Shown one piece after another: positions 30,259 to 40,700 of a DNA stretch of 64,000 bases. Origin of the DNA: Bacteroidales bacterium (GTDB lineage: Bacteria > Bacteroidota > Bacteroidia > Bacteroidales > Paludibacteraceae); the NCBI GenBank assembly GCA_015061185.1, contig SUWZ01000011.1, positions 3,328 to 67,327 on the forward strand, written 5' to 3'. Position 1 is the first letter of the stretch; each line of letters opens with the position of its first letter. Both the position numbers and the translations under genes were made by a program. The notes under the pieces were generated by a model that saw only the letters and a program-made list of their open reading frames with translations, had not been told where the DNA came from and did not search any database.

Positions 30259-30464
30259 TTTGAAAAGGGTGTAATATCGTATCAAATAAGCGATTACCCC
30301 AAAAATATGGGATGTCAAGAATTAAGGTAATTTACCTAAAAATTACAATTCAGGTAATCTATTTTGAACAATTTTAGGAATTACCTTAATTCAGACACTT
30401 CAATTAAAATAAGAACCCACTGAAAATGGGGGGGAAAACAATTATCTACCTGAAAAATAATAAA

Positions 30465-31208
30465 ATGAAACCTAAGAAAATCGTATTTATCGATATTGAA
30501 ACAGCACCACAAACACCATCGTACAACCAATTAAACGAAGAGATGGCCGGGTTGTGGAATGAAAAGTATGAACAAATAAAAAAGAGAACTCCGGAAAAAT
30601 TCACAGAAGATAGCAACCCCGTCAATTCTTATTCAAACACCGGGTTATTTGCTGAATTCGGGAAAATAATTTGTATTTCAGTAGGATTTGAATTTCTGCG
30701 AAATCAAGAACGTCATTTTAGAGTGAAATCATTTTATCAAGATGATGAAAGAGAATTATTATTGACATTTCGAGAACTATTGCTAAACATCGAGAAAAAG
30801 GGCTATCAATTATGTGGTCATAACATCAAAGAATTTGATGTACCCTATATAGCCAGACGTATGCTTATTCTGAACATTCCACTTCCTAACATCCTGAATT
30901 TGAGTAAATTCAAACCTTGGGAAACACCTATCATAGACACAATGGATTTATGGAAATTTGGTGATTATAAACATTATACGCCACTTAAATTACTTTGTAC
31001 GATTTTAGATGTAGAATCACCTAAAAATGACATTGATGGAAGCAAAGTTGCCTATGTATATTATGAAGAAAAGGATATAAAAAGGATAGCAACATATTGC
31101 CAAAATGATGTAATTGCCACAGCTCAAATCTACTTCAGAATCAATGGATTACCCCTATTAGAAAAAGACAAAATAGATTATATTGAGTCGGAAGTAGGGA
31201 AGAATTAA
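30465..31208 (+). CDS. DEDD-type 3'-5' exonuclease (RNase H-like fold)
   Basis: IVFIDIETAP (Exo I), GHNIKEFDVPY (Exo II) and YCQNDVIAT (Exo III). An alternative upstream ATG lies at 30426. Confidence 0.7.
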   Translation: MKPKKIVFIDIETAPQTPSYNQLNEEMAGLWNEKYEQIKKRTPEKFTEDSNPVNSYSNTGLFAEFGKIICISVGFEFLRNQERHFRVKSFYQDDERELLLTFRELLLNIEKKGYQLCGHNIKEFDVPYIARRMLILNIPLPNILNLSKFKPWETPIIDTMDLWKFGDYKHYTPLKLLCTILDVESPKNDIDGSKVAYVYYEEKDIKRIATYCQNDVIATAQIYFRINGLPLLEKDKIDYIESEVGKN

Positions 31209-31327
31209 GAAGCTGTTTAAATTTTATTATTGAATTGATTTTGAACTTATTTTCATCTATATTTTTTATATTATATTGATTTCGCTAAATTTGCGTATAA
31301 TAAGAAATAAAAAAAATAATTAGAAAT

Positions 31328-31783
31328 ATGAAATTGGCAGAAGCATTGCAAGAAAGAGCTGATTTGAATAAAAAAATAGCTCAATTACGTTCTCGATTAG
31401 TAATGAACGCCATTCAACAAGAAGGCGAGAAAACAGTGGAGGACCCACAAGAATTAATGAAAGAATTAAATCACTGCATAGATAATTTACAGGCTCTTAT
31501 CTGTAAAATCAACATAACCAATTGCAATACCATTGTAAAAGGAAAAAGTCTGACTGAATGGATTGCCATAAAAGATTGCTTAACGCTTAAAATTCAATCG
31601 TATAGAGAGGTTTTAGATGCAGCCAGCAGAATTGCTCAAAGAGCAACTCGGTCTGAAATCAAAATTCTTAGTGCTATTGACGTAAATAATCATCAAAAAG
31701 AGTTGGATGCGATGTCTAAGGAATTAAGAATCATTGATAACACCATTCAAGAAATTAATTGGACAACAGCATTAATTTCTTAA
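31328..31783 (+). CDS. DIP1984-family (septicolysin-like) protein
   Basis: 151-aa helical protein starting MKLAEALQERADLNKKIAQLRSRL, as in the DIP1984 family. Confidence 0.65.
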   Translation: MKLAEALQERADLNKKIAQLRSRLVMNAIQQEGEKTVEDPQELMKELNHCIDNLQALICKINITNCNTIVKGKSLTEWIAIKDCLTLKIQSYREVLDAASRIAQRATRSEIKILSAIDVNNHQKELDAMSKELRIIDNTIQEINWTTALIS

Positions 31784-32123
31784 TGTTAGCATTATGTTGA
31801 GATGATTTAGGAGAGCTCTTTGCATGAAAATAATTAGGTCAGTATTTCTTTGGGCGAATGTCAACTCTGTGGCTGAGATTGAGTCCACAACATAGGAGCG
31901 TAAAGGGCAACGCATTTTCTTATAAATTATGCCCAGATAACTAATAATTGCACTGTTATCGGTTATTTTTTACTACCACGACATTGACAAAGAGAGAGGG
32001 AGGGTTGCGGGATTTATTATATTTTGTAAATATCTATATTTAACATAATTAATTTGTGCTTTGATATATTCTATTTAACATAATATTAATTATATAACAA
32101 CAGAGGTAAAAATTGTTTAACCT

Positions 32124-32540
32124 CTGAGAATTCAATATTTTCAAATAATTTTATCATTCTACAGAATATACAAAATATATGAACCATTAGATTATTGGAG
32201 CGTTTGTATGGTTTGTATGAATTCTCGAACGCTGAGATTTCAATATTTTTCAGAGAGCCGTAAACTTCTACAGAATATTCAAAATAAATGAACCATTAGA
32301 ATATTGGAGCGTTTGTATGGTTTGTATGAATTCTCGAACACTGAGATTTCAATATTTTTTAGAGAACTGTACATTATACAAAATTATCAAAATATCAGAA
32401 ACACTAAACGACTAAACAAATTTAGAAATTCCGAACGCTGAGATTTCAATATTTTTTAGAGAACTGTACATTATACAAAATTATCAAAATATCAGAAACA
32501 TTAGACGATTAGACAGGTTGTGAGAATTCTGAAAATTCAG
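32124..32540 (+). repeat. Nested tandem repeat, about 4.5 units of 97-109 bp
   Basis: Units start with ctgaga(a/t)ttcaatatttt at 32124, 32232, 32341 and 32438. Units 1 and 2 share one variable half, and units 3 and 4 share another. Confidence 0.85.
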
Positions 32541-32877
32541 GACATTGAAAATTCTACATTTTTAGATATATGAACTTTTCCACTACTCTAAAAAAGAAAA
32601 ATCAAAGCACTCTATTTAACATAATATATATCAACCTTTTCTATTTAACATAATATACACACATCCATCAGCTACTAAATAACATTAGTTAAACAATATT
32701 CTCCCAAGGCAAATTTTAAGAACAATTTAGAGCTACATAACGCAGCAAATTTATATTTTACATCAAATACTCAAACACAGAGAAAAAACATCTAAAATTA
32801 GCCTAAAAAAGGCCAATAAAGCATAATACACCTCCCCTACACTACTTTCAAATAACAAACATATATCCTTTCTAAAT

Positions 32878-32920
32878 AAAAATAGACATTGAGCATACCA
32901 CTTCAATGTCTATTTTTAGT
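32878..32920. terminator. Bidirectional rho-independent terminator downstream of the aminotransferase gene
   Basis: Stem aatagacattga / tcaatgtctatt flanked by A-runs and T-runs. Confidence 0.65.
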
Positions 32921-32942
32921 ATTCGATATCACCAAAGTATTT

Positions 32943-34250
32943 TCATTTTCCGGCTTGCATATCTTGATGGAAAGCTTTCAAACGTTCATCCAAAACATCA
33001 TATTGATTATCTTGAATGAAAGAGGTACAAACTCTCAATCCCTCTTGTAAACTACCTGTTGTATTTAAACAAATAGCACTCACCCCATAAAACAATAGTT
33101 TATACATTAATTCGCCACCGGACAAACCTTTGTATCCAACAGTGAAATAGAAACCATCTCCAATTTTTTGATCTATATCTTTGTCGTAAACAATATGAAA
33201 TCCATTAGCCTCAAAAATCTTTTTCAATCGCACTGCTCTACGTCCATACTCTTGTACTCCTTCCAAGAAATTATATTTGCCATCACTTGCAGCTTTTAAC
33301 ATTGCTGCCAAAGCATATTGAGCCGAATGTGCTGTACCGGAAGATAGAACATAAAGAATACGATTAACAAAAATAGTTCCGAATTCTCCAATTGAATAAC
33401 GATTTAGCAATCCATCAAATTTACGATGAAATAACTTATCTGAAATGGCAGTTACACCAATGCGTTGACCGGCATAACTAAAAGCCTTAGAACCCGAAAT
33501 CAACAAAATATAATTATCTGTATATTTGGCGACTGACGGTTGGAATGGTGCTTCAAAAGGCTTGCTCAAATCTTGTCTGAAGTCCATGGCAAAATAGGCT
33601 AAATCTTCCATCACAATAACATCATAACGAGTAGCCAATTCCCCTATCCCTTTCAACTCTTCATCTGTCAAACAAAACCAAGAAGGGTTGTTAGGATTTG
33701 AATAGATAATATTACAAATATTTCCTTTTTTGAGATAAGACTCCACCTTTTCTATCAGTTTTTCGCCCCTGAATTCAAACATATCAAAAGACTCATACTT
33801 CAATCCTAAAACCAACAATTGAGTTTTCTGAACCGGGAATCCGGGATCTATAAACAAAACTGTATCTTTTTTAGGGTCACACTGTCCGGACACCAAAAAA
33901 GAGGCATAAGTACCTTGCATAGAACCGGAAACAGGCACACAACCTTCCGGAGAAACATCTACATCAATAAAAGCCTTAATGAAGCGGGAAGCCTCTTTCT
34001 TCAAATCTGGGTGACCATCCAACATGGGATATTTCGAAGCGACGCCACTTTTCAAAGCAGCAATCTCAGCCTCTGTTCCAATAGCATCCGGAGGAAGTCC
34101 CGGAACACCCATCTCCATTCTTACATACTTCTCGCCGGTAAGACTCTCCACCTTATTTGCAATCGACACAATCTCTCGAATGGTCGCTTTTTTAAAATCA
34201 GGTAATGCAAATCCATCTATTACCGATTTTACAATATTTTTGTCCAACAT
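32943..34250 (-). CDS. Class I/II PLP-dependent aminotransferase
   Basis: 435 aa. SGSKAFSYAGQRIG carries the PLP lysine. NPNNPS is the typical Asn-Pro motif. Confidence 0.85.
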   Translation of the reverse strand: MLDKNIVKSVIDGFALPDFKKATIREIVSIANKVESLTGEKYVRMEMGVPGLPPDAIGTEAEIAALKSGVASKYPMLDGHPDLKKEASRFIKAFIDVDVSPEGCVPVSGSMQGTYASFLVSGQCDPKKDTVLFIDPGFPVQKTQLLVLGLKYESFDMFEFRGEKLIEKVESYLKKGNICNIIYSNPNNPSWFCLTDEELKGIGELATRYDVIVMEDLAYFAMDFRQDLSKPFEAPFQPSVAKYTDNYILLISGSKAFSYAGQRIGVTAISDKLFHRKFDGLLNRYSIGEFGTIFVNRILYVLSSGTAHSAQYALAAMLKAASDGKYNFLEGVQEYGRRAVRLKKIFEANGFHIVYDKDIDQKIGDGFYFTVGYKGLSGGELMYKLLFYGVSAICLNTTGSLQEGLRVCTSFIQDNQYDVLDERLKAFHQDMQAGK

Positions 34251-34274
34251 ATATATTAAATTTTAGGCAACTCC

Positions 34275-34790
34275 TTAATTATTCAAACATTGTAAAATAA
34301 AACAATCTTTCCAATCCTCCCCTCGCTTCAACCATTTTTCCAATCGCCCCACCTTTTTAAATCCACATTTTTCAAAAAGATCGATACTGATTTGATTCTC
34401 TTCACAGATATGAGCATACAACTGTTTTACACCTAAAAACTTAAAAGCATACTCTTTTATCAAACGAATCGACTCGGTTGCGTAACCCATACGTCTAAAG
34501 TCTTCTTGAAGGAAGACTCCTACCTCTACCCTTTGATTCATAGGGTCAAAATCAAATAAGTCTATGGTTCCGATAGCCTCTTTCAATCGATTATCTTCAA
34601 TAATAAAACGATACTGTTTATCGCTAAATATATCTTTTGCATTAACAATATATTGCTTCAACTCATAGTGAGAAAACGGAACCACCGTACAACCTTCAAA
34701 CCATAAAGAAAACTCATTTTCCCATTGAAATAATAGGGAAACATCTTCCGGTTCTAAGGCTCGCAACGTCAGTTTTGAGGAGGACAACAT
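34275..34790 (-). CDS. GNAT family N-acetyltransferase (RimJ/RimL-like)
   Basis: 171 aa. The motif is FRRMGYATE... (R-x-x-G-x-A). Confidence 0.8.
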   Translation of the reverse strand: MLSSSKLTLRALEPEDVSLLFQWENEFSLWFEGCTVVPFSHYELKQYIVNAKDIFSDKQYRFIIEDNRLKEAIGTIDLFDFDPMNQRVEVGVFLQEDFRRMGYATESIRLIKEYAFKFLGVKQLYAHICEENQISIDLFEKCGFKKVGRLEKWLKRGEDWKDCFILQCLNN

Positions 34791-34792
34791 AA

Positions 34793-35260
34793 CTATCTAA
34801 TTCGATCCAACGATCGTACCAAGGCTTCATCTCGACCAATTGCACGAATCGCCAAATAGGTTAAAACGATATTTATAATCGGGAATACCAAAGGTAATTT
34901 ATAAACAAATTCACCCTCTCCACCTAACTTCTCTTTACATAACCAAGCAAAAAAGAAGTAAAAAATATAAATAGCAACATTCAATAAAATATTGAACATA
35001 TTAAATCTCATTTGAAAAATTCGATTTTTATACAATCCAATACCTATGATATTAACAACCAAAATGATGATAGACAACAATAACATACCCCAAGCATAAG
35101 AGGTTGTTCCATCCGGCATTTCCATACCAATGAGAGTTATATCATTCATTGCCGCCGTTGACTCAATAAAAACACCTCCCATTGGGATAAAATACATCAA
35201 CACAGTCAACAAGAACGTTATCAACAGATAAACAGTCTGAATTCTTTGTAACATAACCAA
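34793..35260 (-). CDS. DUF4293 membrane protein
   Basis: The N-terminus MLQRIQTVYLL and four TM helices are typical of DUF4293. Confidence 0.7.
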   Translation of the reverse strand: MVMLQRIQTVYLLITFLLTVLMYFIPMGGVFIESTAAMNDITLIGMEMPDGTTSYAWGMLLLSIIILVVNIIGIGLYKNRIFQMRFNMFNILLNVAIYIFYFFFAWLCKEKLGGEGEFVYKLPLVFPIINIVLTYLAIRAIGRDEALVRSLDRIR

Positions 35261-35262
35261 AA

Positions 35263-35838
35263 TTATTTATTAACAACGGAACGACCAGCCTCTAACGCCT
35301 TTAAATTTAAAGCAACAATCTCCTCTCCTTTTCTTCCAAAAATAGAACGAATTCCCTCTTCTATCATCTCATACGAAATACCCAAGAAAGGTGTTGCAGC
35401 CCCCAACATAACGATGTTTGCCACACGAGGAGAACCTACCTCTTTAGCAATGCTTTCAACGTCCAAAATGACATGATTCTTTATTTTTTTTACCTCTGCT
35501 AACACATCTTCAACAGCTGGATAATCAGGAATATTTATCAAAGGAACACTATTGGTGACAATCCATCCATCGGCTTTCAAATAAGGCAAATATCTCAACG
35601 ATTCCATTGGCTCCAAAGAGAGAATCATATCTGCACTACCCTTTGCTATCAAGTCTGATGCAATTGGAGAATCAGAAATTCGAAGATTGGATTGCACATC
35701 CCCTCCTCGTTGACTCATTCCGTGCACCTCTGCTTGTTTCATGTATAAATTATTCTTAACAGCTGCCTCTCCAATTACTGCAGCAATGGACAAAATTCCT
35801 TGTCCTCCCACTCCTGATAAAATTATATCTGTATTCAT
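35263..35838 (-). CDS. iorB: Indolepyruvate oxidoreductase, beta subunit
   Basis: 191 aa. GVGGQGILS...EVHGMSQRGG is the gamma-type domain motif of 2-oxoacid:ferredoxin oxidoreductases. Confidence 0.9.
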   Translation of the reverse strand: MNTDIILSGVGGQGILSIAAVIGEAAVKNNLYMKQAEVHGMSQRGGDVQSNLRISDSPIASDLIAKGSADMILSLEPMESLRYLPYLKADGWIVTNSVPLINIPDYPAVEDVLAEVKKIKNHVILDVESIAKEVGSPRVANIVMLGAATPFLGISYEMIEEGIRSIFGRKGEEIVALNLKALEAGRSVVNK

Positions 35839-36201
35839 ATCTTTTTTATTTTTGAAGTCTTTTCAACTTCTTCTTTTTTGTTATTTTCTATTTCTCTATG
35901 AAGGAAATTTCCCCTTGTAAGGATTTCCAAAACTGCAAATTTAGAAAATTTTCGGATTTAATACAATCGTCAGACGATTATTCTGAAACGCCATCATTTC
36001 ATTCTTTTATTTAAGGTGGTTCATTTAAGGCTACTTCTATAAATTCTGATTTTATATTTCTGGCTAATAAATTCTATTTCGGATGATTTTAAATTCATTT
36101 AGGGCAAATTACATAACAAAAGAAGGAACAACAGAACTCTGTGATCAACAGACAAACAACAAGTTACTAAAAGTTACTTTTACAGTCCTATCAAAATGCA
36201 T

Positions 36202-37578
36202 TTATTTCCAAAAATCTTGCATCTTTGAAATAGCATAAATTGGGCAGATAGCAACATTCCGGATTATTCCACTCTCCTTATCGCAATACTCTAACTTTCC
36301 AAAATTCTCTAAAGAACATCTAACTGCATCTGTTATTTTTTTCTCTTGCATAAACATCCACAAACTTTTCATGCCTCCTTGAGTGCCTGCCTTTACCTCT
36401 ATCGGCAATATGCGTTGCCTATGTCCAACTACATAATCCACTTCTGCCTGAGAGTTTTTTGCCTGTCTAACCCAATAAAACAAATCATGCCTGATATTTG
36501 GAGTCTGATAGCGCAAGTATTCAAGACCGACAATCATTTCTGCCACAGCTCCTTTATTTACAAGCTCCGCCGCACCCATTGTCAGTATCTGAGATGTTAT
36601 TTGCGTTATGTCCCCCATCGCCATATTGAGCAATCGCAACATAAGACCGGAGTCCAGTAGCAAATATTTTCTGTACGAATCATCAGCCTCACCGCCAAAA
36701 GGCAGTCCGTTTGCACTTGTATGTGTCACGGGGGTAAGTATTCCCGCCAAAGTCAACATTCCAAGAGCCTTTTTCACCTCTTCTGTCTTATATCCGCTTC
36801 CAACCTGAGAGCAGACAAACTTTTTTGTAGCCTGCACCGCCGCACTTCGCAACGTTTGACGAAGGAGCGTAGGATCAACTCTTTTCCTATATTTAGGAAA
36901 ATCATCTTCATAACTGACTATTATATCGTCTTGCACCTCTTGACATTGCAAAAAATCATGCGTCTCAACCCATTTTGCAACAGCCTCCGGCATTCCTCCC
37001 ACAAGCATATACACACGTAACAGACTCACCAATTTATCATGCAATGGTTCAGAGAGCGGACAAGAGAGCGTAGCTTGGTTTCGCACATCAATAAGCTGAT
37101 GCTCTCCGTTCGCTTTTAAAAACTCATCGAATGTCATCGGATACATAAACATCGAGTGGATACGTCCAACACCAAAAGTTGGCAGTTCATCTAATGCAAA
37201 TTCCAGCAACGACCCTGCTGCTATCACGTGCAGTTCAGGCATATCCTCCTTAAAGAAACGTAAGGACATAATCGCTTCCGGACACTCCTGTATTTCGTCC
37301 AAAAACAACAGAGTTGCTCCAGCCTTTATCGGTTTGCCACACATTGCTGCCATTTGTGGCAGTATTCGCGCAACGTCCAGATTATCTTTAAACAGCAACT
37401 TATATTCCGGTTGCTTTTCAAAGTTTATCTCCACGTAGTGTTCAAACGCATTGCCTAAGTGACGAACTGCTGTCGATTTCCCGACTTGACGCGCCCCTCT
37501 CAACAACACAGGCTTGTGATTATCGCGCGAAGCCCATTCAGATAAATAAGTATCTATTATTCTTTCGTAATACTTCAT
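36202..37578 (-). CDS. AAA+ ATPase with a C-terminal DUF4143 (PD-(D/E)xK-like) domain
   Basis: Walker A GARQVGKST, Walker B LLFLDEIQ, and C-terminal AEVDYVV...LPIEVKAG. Confidence 0.85.
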   Translation of the reverse strand: MKYYERIIDTYLSEWASRDNHKPVLLRGARQVGKSTAVRHLGNAFEHYVEINFEKQPEYKLLFKDNLDVARILPQMAAMCGKPIKAGATLLFLDEIQECPEAIMSLRFFKEDMPELHVIAAGSLLEFALDELPTFGVGRIHSMFMYPMTFDEFLKANGEHQLIDVRNQATLSCPLSEPLHDKLVSLLRVYMLVGGMPEAVAKWVETHDFLQCQEVQDDIIVSYEDDFPKYRKRVDPTLLRQTLRSAAVQATKKFVCSQVGSGYKTEEVKKALGMLTLAGILTPVTHTSANGLPFGGEADDSYRKYLLLDSGLMLRLLNMAMGDITQITSQILTMGAAELVNKGAVAEMIVGLEYLRYQTPNIRHDLFYWVRQAKNSQAEVDYVVGHRQRILPIEVKAGTQGGMKSLWMFMQEKKITDAVRCSLENFGKLEYCDKESGIIRNVAICPIYAISKMQDFWK

Positions 37579-37598
37579 AACTTACTATTATTCAACCA

Positions 37599-37606
37599 CA
37601 AATATA
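37599..37606 (-). promoter_or_regulatory. -7 box TATATTTG for the ATPase at 36202-37578
   Basis: The plus strand reads CAAATATA 21 nt upstream of the ATG at 37578. Confidence 0.45.
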
Positions 37607-37619
37607 CATAATAGATTTT

Positions 37620-37720
37620 ATCCAAACAAATAATTTGCCGATTTTCAGAAAAATCCAAACAAATATTTTGCCAATTTTCGGAAAAATCCAAAGAAATAAA
37701 TTTTGACACTCCCCGAAAAA
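37620..37720. repeat. Three direct repeats with a 33-bp period upstream of the ATPase promoter
   Basis: atccaaacaaataatttgccgattttcagaaaa / atccaaacaaatattttgccaattttcggaaaa / atccaaagaaataaattttgacactccccgaaaaa. Confidence 0.8.
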
Positions 37721-37784
37721 AAATAGTTCGCCGAGCCTATAAAGTCCCGACGAACTGTATATTTGGCAACAGCAGACAGCCCCC

Positions 37785-40700
37785 CTACTGCACCGTTGCA
37801 ATCTTGTTAATCAAATCTTGATAGGTAGCCACCTTGTGATACTTGACATTGGCAGTGGAAATCGTGTTAAACAATTTTTCCGCACAGTCAATCTTTGCCT
37901 TTTCAATGGCTGACAAATCCATAGAAGACATAGAGCCTTTGGTTTCTGCTATAAAAAAGATATGTTTCACATCGTTCTTCTTCATGGCGATAGCCCAATC
38001 GGGTGCGTAGTTGCCTACGGGTGTCGGGATTTGGAAAGTGCGTGGCAACTTGGCATATACCACCACTTCGCTTGCCTCATCAAGGTCGTGGGCAAATTGG
38101 CGTTCTCCCTTGCTGTCGCTGAAGACATAGTCTGTAATGTGTTTCTTCGCTTCGTATGCTCTGTCAAAATCTGTCTTACTCTTTATCGTGAAGATGTCGC
38201 TATCATACTTTCCTTCTGTGATATTATAGTGAATATGTTCCACTATCATCGTTGATTTCTGCTCCTTGATGATGCTTATCACCTTGCGGATAAATTCTTC
38301 GGGATTATTTTTGAAGAGATAGAATTTGCTCTCCTTAATCCCTTGCAGAATCTTCACAACTGTACGACGAGTGAGATTTGTCCCTTTGGCAATGTCGCCC
38401 ACAAGGTCATATTTGACAGTTGAGGTACATACATCAGTCAGGGGTTTTGATTCTGAACGTGTGTTACCAAACTCTGTAACCTGAGTTTCATTTTGCGTTC
38501 CCTCCACCATCACATAACGGAGTTGTGTAACTTCTAATTCTGAATTGATATGCAGTATGGCATTCTTTATCAACTCTTCACTATCATAACTTACCTGATA
38601 GACATACTGATGATTTATCTCGTTCCAAAGTGCCTGAAACTCGGCTTTATTGAAGTTATCGTTCAATCTATTGACTGAGGTTGCAACCTTTTCTTCAACA
38701 AACATGTCGTTCAGTGCATTAGGGTCGAAGATTGAATTTATCAGTTTGAAGACTCCTTCGGAAATATGTTGCAACTTTTGCGGCAATGGAGCAACTGTAC
38801 CATTAGCCACTGCCTCACGATATTCGGGGGTGATATTCTTCTGCTCGTCAATATAACCGTTGTCCTCCAAATAGATAATAATGCGACTTGCTTCGGTTTC
38901 GGTAATAGCATGTGTCTCTTCTCCCATCTTGATTTGCTTGTCAATGAAATAGGTAACGGTTGCTTTAACCGCACGCTCACGCAACACATCACGTGTCTCC
39001 CGCTGCAAGGCTGAGGTAAAGTCGGCATAGCTTTCATTGGCTATCACTGTCAGTTTATTCACTTCATGCACATCCTCGCCCAATAGTTCGGCATCCATAC
39101 GAGTTCCGTGTTTATCCACACAAATACGCAATCCGCGTCCCACCTCCTGACGCTTGGAAGTAGTTGAGTTTGAGTGCCTCAGTGTACAAATTTGAAAAAC
39201 ATTCGGGTTATCCCACCCTTCACGCAAAGCAGAGTGAGAGAATATGAAACGTGTAGGCTCATCGAAACTTAACAAACGCTCCTTGTTCTTCAATATAAGT
39301 TCGTATGCTGAAATATCATCAGAAAGACCGCTCTTCTTCTCTATCTTGCCATCTACCACTCTGTTTGTCTTCTTGTCAATAGAGAAATATCCATTATGAA
39401 CGTCTTTGGGATAAAAACGTCGCAAATAGTCATTGTAGGGGTCTTCAAATATCGTAATTTCGTTATTTACCAATCTTGAATACTCCTCTTCAAATATCTT
39501 CTGGAAGATACCCTTCACTTCGTTACCTTGCTCGTCATAACTCTTGTACTTCGCCACCTCGTCTATAAAGAAAAGCGACAAACATTTGATACCGCGTTTG
39601 AAAAGTTGGCGTTCTTTCTCAAAGTGCGACATGATAGTTTCGCGAATTTGCACTCGCTGCATATTCAGTTCGTTGGTATCGCCTATGACCTCTCTTCTGC
39701 GTATGGTTGTTCCATTTAAGAATGTTACATAACCATTCCTATCAATTTCTGAAACAGTGAACCCTTCGTAGGCTGCCAAGCCGGACTCCTCCTGCAAATT
39801 GTCGCCAACACTGAAGTTTTTTGTCTTGCGAACAATGTTGCCTGATGCTGTTTTGACTTCAATTTCTAAGCGCGCCATAGGCGGCTGATTGTGCGACAAC
39901 ACTATATCGTCCAGATATAAATAACTGCTCGTTCCTCTCAAATTTTTCACCTCGAAGCCTTTCACTTGAATACGCTTCACCAACTTCTGACGGTAGGCAT
40001 CGAGTGCATCCAACGCATAGATCGTGTTGTGCCTGGTCTTGTGTGTAGCAGAATAGTTTAGCACAAACAATGGATTGAATCGCTTGATACCTTTCTGGGT
40101 AGCATCGCCCTCCATCTTCTGCGGCTCGTCCATAATGACAATAGGACGATTGGCTGCAATTACATCTATAGGACGGCGACTGCCAAACTCATCACGCTTG
40201 GAGTAGATTATCTTGCTCTCCTTGCTGCTTCCGCCCTCTTTCATAGAGGAGGCAAAGGCTTGCGTGTTGATAATCAACACATTCAGTCCGGAGTCCGACG
40301 AGTAACTGTCAAGTTGCTGCAAGTTTCCGCTGTTGTAAATGAATCGTCGCGCTTTCTTTCCGTAATGCTCCATAAAGTGTTCTTCGAGCATATCAAAACT
40401 TTTCGCAACCCCTTCTCGAATTGCAATACTTGGCACTACGATAATAAATTTGCTCCAACCATACTGCTTGTTCAGTTCAAACATGGTTTTGATATAAACG
40501 TAGGTTTTACCTGTGCCGGTTTCCATTTCAATGTCCAGATTTACATCACCCAAACCTTTGGAGAGCGAAGAAGAAGGCTCTATGTCGTTTCGGTTTTGTA
40601 TCGAGTTGATGTTTTTAAGCAACGTTTTCTCGTCCAGTTCCAGATTGTGGTTGCAGTAACCTGTGTCGCTGTCAAACATATTCTGATGCAAAACCTTGCC

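Noticed and set aside
30428-30434. G7 homopolymer as a phase-variation switch for the exonuclease gene
   Set aside because: It lies between the first ATG (30426) and the more plausible ATG at 30465 (MKPKKIVFIDIETAP), so it is probably in the untranslated leader. There is no evidence of variability from a single sequence.
37592-37801. 69-aa ORF on the minus strand, and the similar 71-aa ORF at 44621-44836
   Set aside because: Both are read-throughs of the 33-bp repeats, which give periodic peptides such as FPKIGKIFVW and YWKTHL. They have no independent coding evidence.
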